Counted from the stretch's first letter, positions 13,171-25,052 are shown. The stretch: 64,000 nucleotides of DNA from Tubiluchus corallicola (GCA_030141605.1 JAQGDQ010000049.1:248001-312000); one strand, 5' to 3'. Notes: a model not told the origin generated them from the sequence alone. Program-made: numbers and translations.

Positions 13171-14074
13171 TCAGTTAGTCGCATTAGAGCAGTCTGTTTC
13201 CAAAGGTGTAGTGTAACGCTTCAGATCTTCCAAACTAGAAATCTCAGTTATGTCAGTCCCTCCGGTCAGTCTTATGAAAACTCGGCCATCACGGGTCCAG
13301 GTGGTGCACTTTTTCATTTTTGCCATCTCCCTTGTATGTTTATAGATGCGAGCACTTAAACCGGACAAGTGTTCGTTAATGTAAATCTGTTGTTGTTCTT
13401 GCTTGCACCAAAGTCACCGAAATTGTGCGCTCTGCACGTCTTTAAATTATTTTTATTACGAAGCAGCTCACGTTTCTTCCTTTTACTATTAAATCTAACA
13501 ATGATAGGAGAACACAGTCCGGTCTGCTACTAGGTACTCGGTGAGCAGTATTAATTTCGTACAGCTCCACTTAACACCAACCAACATGGTTAGCTACATC
13601 TAAAACTATCTTGACTGCATCCTCAGCGTTGGTTTCTGGCATACCAATAATTTCAAGGCAGTAATCTCGCTGGTATCTCTCTAATTTGTTGATTTTTTTC
13701 TTGTAAAGTTGTGTTCAACTGCTTAAGGTTATTGAATCTCTTTTCCAAATCAACAAGAACCGGTAATTTTGCATTTTCCGTTTCGACTCGATTTAGTCTC
13801 TTCTCATGATCGTTCAGCAATTTTGTATTGGTATTAACAGAAGTCAGAACTGTCTGAACCACTGAGTTGATCTTAAGTTGTTCAGCCTTTATCTCTCTTA
13901 TATCGTTCATTATCATATCAAGTGTGGTTAGGTAAGTTGACTCATAATTTTGTCCAATTTTTGGTCCTGACTTGTTGATACTTCTACGGTCTCAATATCT
14001 GAACTAATATTCATGCCTTCAGATTGTTTATTAGCTGACCGTAATAAGCTTCGTTTATCGCTTTGCTTTGGCAT
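13171..14074 (-). pseudogene. Retroelement ORF1 remnant (coiled coil + RRM/CTD)
   Basis: ORF pieces 13653-13916 and 13171-13368 in different frames; AHRVP..PIIVRFNS-like segment near 13490-13550. Confidence 0.7.
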
Positions 14075-15130
14075 TTCTAATATTATTCAGTACGAACGTA
14101 TCATCTGTACTAAACGCGTAAACACTCATAATTAACAGCCGTAATACATGCAAGACACGACTTCAACTAGCTATCACATAGTGCGCAAGGTAACAGTATC
14201 GCACTAAGTGAAGCACAGTCCGCTCGACACGTCTGCATGCTGTGCTGGCTCAAACCTGACTGAGTACTAACCAAGAAAGTTTAAATAAGAGAAAGTTATC
14301 TTATGTTGTAAAAACATATCTCTTTAATAATATCAAATAGTATTAATAAAAAAGTAAAGATATTAATAAGAATAAATGATGAAAGGACAGAGAATGAGGC
14401 TATAATAGCCAAAGAGTTATAATTAATTACGTTGTTATACAACTGAACATAGTTGCACTAAACACAGTTGCACCTAATTAAAAGATATGCAGTAAGGCTA
14501 TAATTATTAACCATTAGACAACTGTGAAATGCTTGTGTCTAGCAAGCTTATACATGTATGACCAAATATTGCTGTTCACTATCTTTGAAATAAAAGTAAA
14601 CACCAAATAACTAAGTTATTATAAAAATAAACTGCAAATATGTATACATAAATACACCTGGCCCCATTTTTTTATTTATGACTTTTTACTCATAATATGT
14701 ACCTGGATACTAATAACATGAAGTACAATTCTGCAATTTCATACAAAAATTAATGTCATTAATTATTGTTAAAACTTTAAATGTGCCGCTGATAAAGCTT
14801 AGTAACATTATATGAGCTAACTGGCTCAACAACTTTCTACAGAACATAAGTCTTTGCATAATACATCACTGTCATGCTTATACATGACAAATTGGAACTT
14901 TATAAAATTTCTATTAAATTAAAAATATGTAATAACTATATATTCATATAAAAATAACACTTTATAACATCTCACAGAACTTATTAATACAACTGCCGGT
15001 AAGCCTACAAAGTTATTACTGACGCTAACTGAAATAAAAAACACAAAACAGCAATGACACGTGCTGACCTGATTGCTACTATTCCGAGATTAAGACCTCA
15101 CAACTTTCTAACTTGAAATCTTAAACAAAA

Positions 15131-15407
15131 ATCAATATTTCACGATATGAGCAAAAAAGTATCACATAAAAATACTACAATAATCAATGCTTATTAAGAA
15201 AACTTTGCAAGGTTTCTCTGTAAGATCAATATTTCACGATTTGAGCAAAAACGTATCACATAAAATACTACAATAATCAATGCTTATTAAGAAAACTTTG
15301 CAAGGTTTCTCTATAAGATCAATATTTCACGATTTGAGCAAAAAAGTATCACATAAAAATACTATAATAACCAATGATTATTAAGAAAACTTTGCAAGAT
15401 TTCTCTA
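15131..15407. repeat. Three tandem copies of a 93-94 bp unit overlapping the GNAT stop codon and 3' UTR
   Basis: Units start ATCAATATTTCACGAT at 15131, 15225 and 15318; each ends AAGAAAACTTTGCAAG.TTTCTCT. Confidence 0.92.
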
Positions 15408-16496
15408 TCTAAGTTTCTCAAGCTCTGATTCATCTATATAAATCTGTTCTGGCACTTTGTACTCAAAATCCTTCCTTTTAAAAAGTACAGTGTGAAGATC
15501 TGGGGGCTGTCCAACAAACATCAGCCCAGTGGTCTTTGAGATTTGCTCCTCTACAAACTCTCTCTCCTGAGATCCCTTGTGAAATATCTTATCCATAAGA
15601 ACCTCCAACATAATATCCACATTGTGGTGTTTCTCCACAGCAAATTTCAGTTGCTGATAACAGTGATCAATGACACTCACTGGATCTTTTGTAAACACAG
15701 CTACTCTGACACAAATCCTGTTTGGGAGTCGCTGGCCATGAATAACACAGTAGCTAACCGAAAGGTAGTACCCATTTTGAATTTCGGCCATAATATGTGG
15801 GTCCTCATTTTCCAATATCAGATCAACATTTCCTGGAAACATTTTGTACGGCACCAGACCAATAATAATACGGTCACTACCATAAAGGTCAAAAGCAAAT
15901 TTCTGTGCAGAAATGATTTCTTGGATCTGGTTTTTCTCAACAATTTCTTGAATACTGCTGCCAACACTAAACAAATTAATGTATTTACGTATCTCACTGG
16001 AATGTAAAAACTCACAGAATGACAATGCATTTTTACCTATGCACACAGCATTTCTTCGCTGAGCAGGCATAGGCCCGGAGAAATCATTCAAGTACAAAAA
16101 TTCCTCTATACCACGTTCCCACGGGCGTACCTGCTGCATCAGATAAAACTTTATATTTTTACTTATCCCAAGATTTTGCAACTCTGGTTTTACACGGCTG
16201 AAACAAGAATAGAACGTTTTGCCCTCATCGACAATCATGCACATACCAAATCCAACAAGTTTTTTCTTTAACACGGCTACACTCGCTAGGTTATGCTGTC
16301 GTGTTAGGAGAAAATGGAACATTTCACGACAGAACAAGGGATCTCCCACATATGCATCGCCAATAACATTGCAAACACCTTCATAATCATCTACAGTAGC
16401 TCTCCTAAAAGAAATCATGGTTGTGCACAGTCTTTTGAGCTGCAAACACCCACGAATGTTTGAAATACAGCGGCAAAGTGAAAGTGAATAAATCAT
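15405..16496 (-). CDS. Intronless GNAT-family N-acetyltransferase, NAT16/histidine N-acetyltransferase-like (363 aa)
   Basis: ISFRRATVDDYEGV (GNAT beta1-alpha1), VAVLKKKLVGF, motif A RVKPELQNLG; 3' splice acceptor (TTTCTTTTCTTTCAACCAG) at 16598 upstream of the ATG. Family assignment is from motif recall, not a search. Confidence 0.72.
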   Translation of the reverse strand: MIYSLSLCRCISNIRGCLQLKRLCTTMISFRRATVDDYEGVCNVIGDAYVGDPLFCREMFHFLLTRQHNLASVAVLKKKLVGFGMCMIVDEGKTFYSCFSRVKPELQNLGISKNIKFYLMQQVRPWERGIEEFLYLNDFSGPMPAQRRNAVCIGKNALSFCEFLHSSEIRKYINLFSVGSSIQEIVEKNQIQEIISAQKFAFDLYGSDRIIIGLVPYKMFPGNVDLILENEDPHIMAEIQNGYYLSVSYCVIHGQRLPNRICVRVAVFTKDPVSVIDHCYQQLKFAVEKHHNVDIMLEVLMDKIFHKGSQEREFVEEQISKTTGLMFVGQPPDLHTVLFKRKDFEYKVPEQIYIDESELEKLR

Positions 16497-19114
16497 GATT
16501 ATAAATCAGCCGTCCAGAATGATGAGAGAACAGTGCAGAATAACGATGTAGGACCAGTTCTTCATATTTGTCATCAATGTATCACCATTTTCTAACACTG
16601 GTTGAAAGAAAAGAAACAATTTCAAAAATTCTGAAACTTCCAACCAAAACAAAACATGACATGAAGAAACTGTTGTATATGTTGTATACTATGCTGCTCT
16701 AAAGTTTCTCTCAAGATATTAATTGTGAATCATCACTGTCATCTTTTTTCCAATTGTCACACTTACTTTTTCTATCATTCACCTACTGGTTATCATAGTT
16801 AACTTTGGACAAATTGAGTGGTATAAGTTACTCCGAGATTGGTTGAACCCCGACCCAAAGTCACAGGTTGAAAAGTTACTGGTTGAGATTTCATTGTGAA
16901 GTCCACTTCACAATGAAAATATGTAATCAATCAATGTGATTTCAATAACATCTAAATTCGAACTTTCAAATAAAAGGTTGGTGTCTTTTCAAGACCTAAC
17001 TCTATAACTATTGTTTGCGAAATATTCAGTTTCTGAGCACTTCACAACTATTGTCAACTAGTTTCTTATGCTTTTAGTCAGGCAGATTTCTTGCAGACAA
17101 CTAGCATTTTATCATCCAGTGCACACAGTATTCGACCGTATTGTACTTAGATGTAATTTAAACCTCAAAGAAAAATTATTTCAAAATGACAGAAGTACAT
17201 CATTTAACAATCAGCTGTTTTTTTATTAATTCTTGATAAAATATGCGTCGGTCTTTTTATCTCAACTGTATCGTTCACCCTGTTTCAGACATCAAAAACA
17301 TTGCATAAGTCCACATTAACAACAATTTGGTTGAACTTGATCATTTTGATCATTCATTGAGCTGCACAAAATATTTATGAAGAATGAACACTCCTTTCAA
17401 ATCTTATCATATTTTGGTCAAGAATGTACTTTCAATGTATGGTGCAGACAGACAAATGAACAAAGAGATATTGATGAACATTGTACCTACAACTCAGACA
17501 CAATTCAACGAGTATTTCCCAAATCTCAATCTTTAGTATAATACTAGTGATTTAAGTACAGGTTATAATGACCAAGTTACTAAACCACTGATTGCTTGCA
17601 TCACACATGGTGTCATTTCATTAGACAAACTTCTTTATTGCTCTACACTGATAACTAAATTAATAATATATGACAGCAGGATGATTCACAGAAAGATATT
17701 ACAGCAGATAGCACACCGTAAATCGACTCAACCAATTTAAAAAGATTGAATATTCTGCTTACTACACTGAACGTTACAAACAAAATGAAAATCTAAAACC
17801 CAAAGTTAGTAAGTACTAATACTTAAAATTTCACAGTGTCTCAGTTTGCTGTATTTGCCTTGAGAACGTACAAAGGAGAGCGAACTAAAGAGTGGGTGAG
17901 CTCAGCTTTACTACAAAACTGTCCTTCTGTTACCATTTCTACACGTGTTTGAGAATACACAAAAAATCATGTTAAATCTTAACATAAGAAAACGTTGAAT
18001 GCCCTTGTAGTCTCAAAATAATTACTTTTATTCCTTACAGAAGCTTTCATCCTAACGGACCTCATCAGCTGGAAAGTCACAAATAAAGTATTAAAAACAG
18101 TATGCACCAGCGTGAAACAAGGATATTAAAAGCAAAAATAGTTGCTAAGTGCCATTGATTAAATACACAATAAATTAGAGAAAGCTCAAAAAAATGGCTG
18201 CATGGGAAGAAAAAACAAGGATTATACAATTGCTCTTGCCAAAGTAAAAGCTTATTTTGAAACTACTGGGGCATTCAGCATTTTCTTCTGTTAAAATGGC
18301 AAGTCTCAGGAGAGTTCTTTCATATTTTAATTCATTTCAAATCTATTTTATCTTATTATTAAAAGTTCAAAATATTGGTAATATTTCTACTTGGCAGATA
18401 CTTGTTACCAGTCATAGAAACAAGAACTCTTAATCTAGTTATCATTTAGATTAAAGAAACCTTCCCATTGTAACTTGTGAGAAATTTCTGGAGTATGAGA
18501 AGCAAATATGTTGCACAAATTGAACCCTGAACTAAGGTTTTCAAACAAAATAAAAACATGTTTGTTTAATTATGTACAATATTATTCATAAAAACATTTG
18601 CAGCAATAGGCTGCATTAGTAGCATTAGTGACAAGTGTAAGGAGTTCTTTATAACTTATACACAAAGCTTTTAATAGCAGATTCTACAATCTAATGTAAA
18701 TGGAGATGTTTCTTTGCAGAATTTCATGATAAAAATGATAAAAGCAAAATAACACAATTATGTTCACAAACTACATGTCAATACAATTAAATTTCTTCCA
18801 AAATGTTCATAACAAACAGCACTTCACTTGCGTGCAGAGACATTCCTGTGATTGCAGACAAACAGGATATGTTTCGTGGCTTAAAGAAATGGAATAATCG
18901 ATATCCAATGCATTATTATATACAACTGTAAAATTTCTGAAATTTTTATCATTCTTTGCTAACAGTCTTTGCTCAGCCAGAAATGTAAATAGCAAAACAA
19001 CAGCCTTGTTCACTCAACATCGTCTCGTAGGAAGAATGTTCATTCAGCTGACCACGGGGAGCATTCTGATTTTACACTTTACTATTTGTTTGAAATTCAC
19101 TAATTCACGATACA

Positions 19115-19597
19115 CTATTGCTTAATTCCAGGAGCAGGTCCATTCATATGTGGTCTCATTGGCATCATTCCCATTGGACCTACAGGTCCCATTCCTGGAC
19201 CTCTCATGATAGGAATTGGTCCACCAGGACCCATCCTGATCCCGGGACCGCCGGGCATTCCCATAGGTGGCATTGGCCCTCTGGGTCCCATCATTGGTGG
19301 CCCAGGCCGTGGCATACCAGGACCACCTTGTGCTAAGTTAGGAGGAGGTGGGATCATCGCACCGCCTGGCCCAGGCTGCGGTTGCTGTCCAGGTTGGAAT
19401 GGATTTGTCTGGATTTTTCCTGCTTTAAAAGCTGCAGTAGTGGCGTCAATGAGATTTTGTGCTTGCTCCTCCATCCATTTCTGATAATATATTCGCACAT
19501 TTTCTTTATGCTTTCTTCCACTACAATGTGTCTTTCGCACGGATGGTGAATCGTGAGTCAAGTAAGTGTCACAGTAATCGCAGTAGTACTTTGGCAT
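19115..19597 (-). CDS. SNRPC: U1 small nuclear ribonucleoprotein C (U1-C), intronless ORF of 160 aa
   Basis: [34 protein letters not shown] (matrin-type zinc finger), [19 protein letters not shown], Pro/Gly/Met-rich tail; true ATG at 19597. Confidence 0.97.
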   Translation of the reverse strand: MPKYYCDYCDTYLTHDSPSVRKTHCSGRKHKENVRIYYQKWMEEQAQNLIDATTAAFKAGKIQTNPFQPGQQPQPGPGGAMIPPPPNLAQGGPGMPRPGPPMMGPRGPMPPMGMPGGPGIRMGPGGPIPIMRGPGMGPVGPMGMMPMRPHMNGPAPGIKQ

Positions 19598-19791
19598 TTT
19601 TCCAAGAGTCTGTCTTACCCACAAATCTGCAACATTAAGTAGTTTGGCTATTCTAAAGAAAAAGTTTAGAACACTGCACATCTAAAGATGTTTAAAAATA
19701 CGTAATTAAAGCATTTTAAAAACAAAATGTAAAATGTCGAAAACAGTGATTTGCTCTAACAGCTAGTACATTTTTAGCTTACAATTGCTAC

Positions 19792-20290
19792 TAGCGATGT
19801 GCGATTAACAGATTAATCGAGATTACAACCATGTACAAAATGATATAATTGGCGATTGAACATAAATTCAGTTAATTCAATAGATCAAAATATACGTGTT
19901 TCACACTGACTAAAAGGCAGCATTTTAGCACAGATAACCTGAATCCTTGCATTTTTTCTTTATTTTTCTCACATTACACAATGTGCACAATTACAAACTA
20001 CAATACTGCAAACTGGGGACTTCAAATTTCTTATCATGTGACATGTGTACTGATGTAGTAAAAGAGTAGTTAATGAATATGCAAGTCTATAAAAATAGTT
20101 TGCTAGCACGAAAATGGCAGACAGCGAAAAAAGCCATGGGGAAGTTTATAGGCTATATTTTAGTACTGCAATGTTTGAAAAACGTGGCTAAAACACTAAA
20201 AACACTAAAACGCAAAGGATTAATTGTGATATCAAATTAGAAGAACAAGATTATAATCGAATTACATTATTTCAAAATCGCCCATCACTA
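19792..20290. mobile_element. hAT-like MITE
   Basis: TIRs TAGCGATGTGCGATT ... AATCGCCCATCACTA; 8-bp flanks ATTGCTAC / ACTGCTAC (7/8 match, TSD). Confidence 0.75.
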
Positions 20291-22632
20291 ACTGCTACTT
20301 TAGTTTATCAACTACAAGCTACCATATCTTTCAAATTATTTCAATTTTTTAAGGTACAATATGTATGTGAGAGGTATTTTTTATGCCTGTAGTGCAAATT
20401 TAAAGCATAATTTCAGCTTGGTTTGTCAACTACAAGCTACTTGCTATTCAACTTTTCAGTTTATTTAAGATTCAGTATGTTTGTGATTTACTTTTTATGC
20501 ATCTAGCGCAAATTTAAGCATAATTTCTACACAAATATAACTATCGTGTATCTATTGTATCCATGGTGGTGCAAATGTATCTTTGCATGTAGCTTGCAGA
20601 TTAATTAGCTACTGATTTACTTAGGTGACATGCATGTATATTTTAACTAGCATATTCATCAAATGAACATAATGTTACTGCTGCTACTCTAGAGCAGTCT
20701 GTCATTTTTGCAAATTGTTCATCGAATGATGATCTGATAGTATAGGCCTAGAACAGGCCTCAGATAGAGCAGTTACTGCAGTAGACTACTTCCAGCTAAA
20801 ATGATGATTTTCTTCTGGAATGATCAACAAAAAGTACGTGTATCAACAGTGCCGCCCCTAACATATGATACTGAAAGTGGTTTAAATTTTCCCATGCTTT
20901 AACAACCAAAATAATGTTTGGTGATGTTTAATTTCAATATTGCAAGTGCTATTAGAACTGCTTAAGATTTCACACCAAGCAAGTACATTTGTGGCACACA
21001 GGAAGAAAAACTACCTTACAATTTTACACACTCATTAGTGGTCAAAATTAGCATGCCATGCTATAAATCACCACTGCAGCCTGTACAGTGTGACTCATAA
21101 TGAAACGATCTGGTAGTGATTGTTAATTCACAAATGTAACAGATTCACTGGTATTATAACGACCCACGTCTGTACTATACTTTGTAAAGAAAATGAACTG
21201 TTTTTCCTACTGACCAATATTCAGGCAGAAATTTTGTTTTTTTCTTTAAAGAGAACCTTTTGGTTTTAGGCCATAGTTAAAGTACAAGTAAGTTTGGGAC
21301 TCTGTACTGCCAGGCAGTATGCAATCGGGTAGATACCGTTTCATAAATATCACTTTTTAAGTGGTCAATAAACAGAACTTGCTGAGATCAGGAATTTAAG
21401 AAACTAATTCAACTATGCAATACAAAAGACTGTCACTAATCCATCAAATGCAATTACCTAATGCAAATTCACTTTGTAAGTCAGCACTTCAATAAAAACA
21501 GCAGTACCAAAACTTTACCGAATTTTTTTCTACGAAGAAAACAAAACGAACTGTTTCGGTTCGGTAACTAAAATCTGGCGGTTTCCAAATTTTGTGCATC
21601 CCTAGTGGTGAACCTACAATAACATGTTTACATTTATCTCTTATAAATCCGTTAGAATGAATTACTATATTTAACAAAAATTACACTTTTAATAAATTAT
21701 ATAGGTGAAAAAAGTGGTAAACTCATGAAACTCAAAATAAGATATGGCAACCTGGTTAGAATCTTACAAATTCATCCCTGACACAGTCATATGACAAAAA
21801 AACTATATATAATAAAATTCCTACCTACCCAAAGTGTAAAATGACAACGAATTGGACACAAACATATTTTGTGTTGGGTCCTACATATTACAATCCTACT
21901 GGCATCACATCAAGAGTGGCAATATAAAATTTAAAAACTTTTTATTATAGCAGGTAGGAAATTTACCAGGAAAGAATATGTTACCCTTTTCAAAGAAACT
22001 GCACTCAAGCTGTCAAGCCAAGCTTGTGTGCCGTGACAATAGATATATACTTTGCTAGGATAATCAAAAGTTCACATTTAAACTCAAGTTCAAGGACATT
22101 TAGCAATTTTTCACACTAATGAAATTAATGCAAATTTTTCAGAAAATTACCCAGCAGCTCTGCTACTACTTGGAATTTATAGGTGGTAGCTTGGGGCAGC
22201 TCCTTCAATCGTTAATTATAAAAACTCAGAAACAGCTAAATAGCAAGATTGATAAATTCTTTATTGCCATTAAAACACATACAATTTTTTGACAAGCAAC
22301 TGACTATACAATGTATGATGCTAGAAACAATGTGGCAACCTATCAGTCAGTCATTTTTATTGTGATGACTAGACTGTCAATTGGCAAAAGGTTATTCTAA
22401 ACTGGAATGATGAATGCAGAACTCTAATGATTGGTGCTTGTCTCTTAAAAACTGAAATATAATAGGAGGCATGTAACACATTATAATATAAGCTGTGAAT
22501 ATATAAAGGTTTAATTAAATCCAAAGTGCTCACGCAAATAACGATATTTGTTGAAGCGTGTTTGACGTGTCTGACCTGACCGCGTGTATTGTTATTTAAA
22601 TATGAAACATAAATCAAAAGTCAAAAACTTAC

Positions 22633-22900
22633 TGTTCTACTCACTGCTTTTACATAGACACAAAAACAATGACACGTATTAAACAAAACAACCGACTGTT
22701 TTGACTTTGTTATCAAATAAAAAAACAATGCGGCACAAATCAGTCATTTGCCGTCACGTGACGTTCGCGGCCAACAAAAATTTAGCAAGACATTTCGGAA
22801 CTATTTAAAGGTGCGGTTCGCTTCCAACTGTAACTGTTGACCATAGATTAGACAACATGAGCATGTCGAAACTACAATGCCCCGACATACCATGTGGGTT
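22633..22900 (-). promoter_or_regulatory. Probable promoter and non-coding first exon for SNRPC
   Basis: Minus-strand donor ACA|GTAAGT at 22632; local CpG enrichment; perfect palindrome GTCACGTGAC (E-box/CLEAR) 22753-22762; ACTACAATGCCC (ZNF143/THAP11-like) at 22871. Confidence 0.55.
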
Positions 22901-23949
22901 GGTGACTGGTGACAGCTAACAGAGGCGTCGGAGGGACTTGAATAATTTTGGATTTGAAACTTCAGGGGAGTTTACTTATTAAAAAAACGAATAACCATTA
23001 ACCAAGGAAAGAAGAAAGGGTTACTGGAGGTGTTAACTAATAATTCTGCCATACCCAAAACCATCTGTTTTTTATCAACTTAGCTTTAGTAAATTGGCAT
23101 AACTATCTATTTATTTGTAATTTCTTTTCTACTATAAATTTGATGAGGTAGACATGTTTTCTAGAAAAGACTTTTTCCAATTCAATTCAATCAATTCAGT
23201 TTTATTTGCACACATACACACAATGTACATTGGCAAAGCAATACACGTTAAATAAACCGAAGAAATTACAATAAGCTGTGTGCAAAGTTATTTTCATAGA
23301 CAAATGTTAAGATATGGTATACTGATGCAAAAATCACAGTTACATAAAAATTGTATAATTTAGCAATGGAAAAAGAGAAATGGCTTAAAAGTAGTAGGTA
23401 GCTAAATGAAATATTATAAAAATAACACAATGACAGTTGAAAATAATTTGGTTAGAGCCTGCTGCCAAAGTGTTGATTTCTTCTTCTCTAGGAATCTCGA
23501 GTTGTTGCCAAAAGTTTCTTGCATTGATGTCATAGATGTATAGATTGTAACCAGAAAGCCTACTAAAAACAAAGAAACGGTATTAAAAACAAAGCCTACG
23601 AAAACAACTAACAAATATACATTATGCAATACAAAATTATACCTAGATATTAAAAATTCTCAACTCTTGAGTAGTTGAGTTAACATTGAAAAGGTTCAAC
23701 AAGGTGTAGCCAGTGTTAGCTTTTTGTTTTTCTTATTTGGAAATTTTTAAATATATATTCTCCAAAATGAATTATATCTTGTTGAACACTACTGTTAAAC
23801 AGTCACATGAGAGAGGTGGTGTTTCTAGAGAAAAAAAGTTAGACTGTGAGGTTCATTTTCATAATTTGTTCTATTTTCAGGACAAAGTGGGCAGTCATAA
23901 ATGAAGTGCATTTCACCTTCTGTTTTACGTTTTTTAGGTGAGGAGTTCT

Positions 23950-24330
23950 TGTTATGGTGCTTTTGTATAACGAGCACATTCGATTTACAAATCATGATCA
24001 GTCACTCGGAGTTTAGTGATAGCTTGTCTATGATTTTTGTCCTTAATAATGTTTAGGTAAGGCTCCATTTTGTATTTGCATTTTAACCCCCTGTAAAATC
24101 TAGGTTTGTTAACGCCTCCCTTATTCCTATCATCTTTATGAATTTTCATATCCCGCTTTTCTAATTTTGTTCAGGTTCTTGACTTTCTGAGTTATTGTCA
24201 TTGATTCATTCTCATATTCTGATGCATAGCTTAGGATAAGTTTCCATGTGGGCGAGAATAAAGCTGTATGACTCAGAGACGGGAAGATGGTGTTAAATAT
24301 AGTCTTTTTAGGTTTGTGGGCGACGGTCAA
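23950..24330 (-). mobile_element. Degenerate non-LTR retrotransposon ORF2 C-terminal fragment
   Basis: Minus strand reads KPRFYRGLKCKYKMEPYLNIIKDKNHRQAITKLRVTDHDL*IECARY, matching the EPYL..R..TKLR.S.H.L.IE.GRY motif of CR1/L2-related elements; in-frame stop. Confidence 0.65.
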
Positions 24331-24559
24331 GCTAAATTTTGTATGATCTTTCCGGAAAATTTTTTTGGCAGAATTACTTTTTGCCTGACAAAAAAGGTAA
24401 TCAGAAAAATTTAATTTATTTCTCCGAAAGAACAGAAAGAAAATTTATTTTGAGAAAGCCAAAAACAAAATAAAAACAATATTGACACCTTAAAACTTGC
24501 GCCATTTTAAATATTTCTGATTTTTGGTTGTCATTATTCAAAAAACACTGTAGATAACT

Positions 24560-24600
24560 GGAGAAGAGCAGAAAGAGAAAGAACAAAAGAGGGTGAGGTG

Positions 24601-24667
<67 letters not shown>

Positions 24668-25052
24668 GAGAGAGGGAAAGAAGGAAGGAGAGAGAATGAT
24701 AGGGAAAGGAGAGCGACAGAGATAGAGGGATACGTAGCTGAGCGAACGAGAGGGTCGAGAGAAAGGATGAGAGAGGGGAAAGAGAGATCGAGCTCAGAGA
24801 GGGGGAAAGAGATAAAGAGACAGAGAAACAGAAAGAGAAAGGATGAGAGAGAGATGAGGGAGAGAGGTGGCAGAGAGAAGAACAAGAGGTTTGAGTGGGA
24901 TGAATTGAGGGAAAGTAAAACAAAGGGATAGAGAAGAGAAAGAGAGAGAGAACAAGAAGGGGGTGAGAGGGGACGGGGAGGAGAACAAGAGGTTTGAGAG
25001 GGATGAATTGAGGGAAAGTAAAACAAAGGGATAGAGAAGAGAAAGAGAGAGA
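24560..25052. repeat. (GA)n microsatellite and GA-rich low-complexity tract with an internal ~105-bp duplication
   Basis: Pure (GA)n 24604-24663; GAGAACAAGAGGTTTGAG..GGATGAATTGAGGGAAAGTAAAACAAAGGGATAGAGAAG present twice. Confidence 0.92.

Larger units (their letters stand above)
10236..14260 (-). mobile_element. Internally deleted, degenerate CR1/L2-clade non-LTR retrotransposon (ORF1 remnants + PHD finger + 3' UTR, no RT)
   Basis: Frameshifted ORF1 14074-13171 with coiled coil (LEKRFNNLKQLNTTLQEK) and L1-type RBD/CTD ending (IYINEHLS..WTRDGRVFIR). PHD-finger ORF 10841-10452 (CSSC..CNCC..HLKC..WFCHFC..LPF). 3' end with AATAAA (minus strand) near 10241. Ends are approximate. Confidence 0.75.

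Noticed and set aside
15131-15407. Possible CRISPR-like array
   Set aside because: Whole units are duplicated with no unique spacers, and the context is eukaryotic
19206-19484. Collagen-like Gly-Pro ORF on the plus strand
   Set aside because: Antisense shadow of the Pro/Gly-rich U1C tail
19598-19681. N-terminal extension of the 188-aa U1C ORF
   Set aside because: Crosses a splice acceptor; conserved U1C begins at MPKYYC (19597)
20700-20830. Box C/D snoRNA candidates (ATGATGA ... CTGA)
   Set aside because: Spacing is wrong and there is no terminal stem or recognisable rRNA guide
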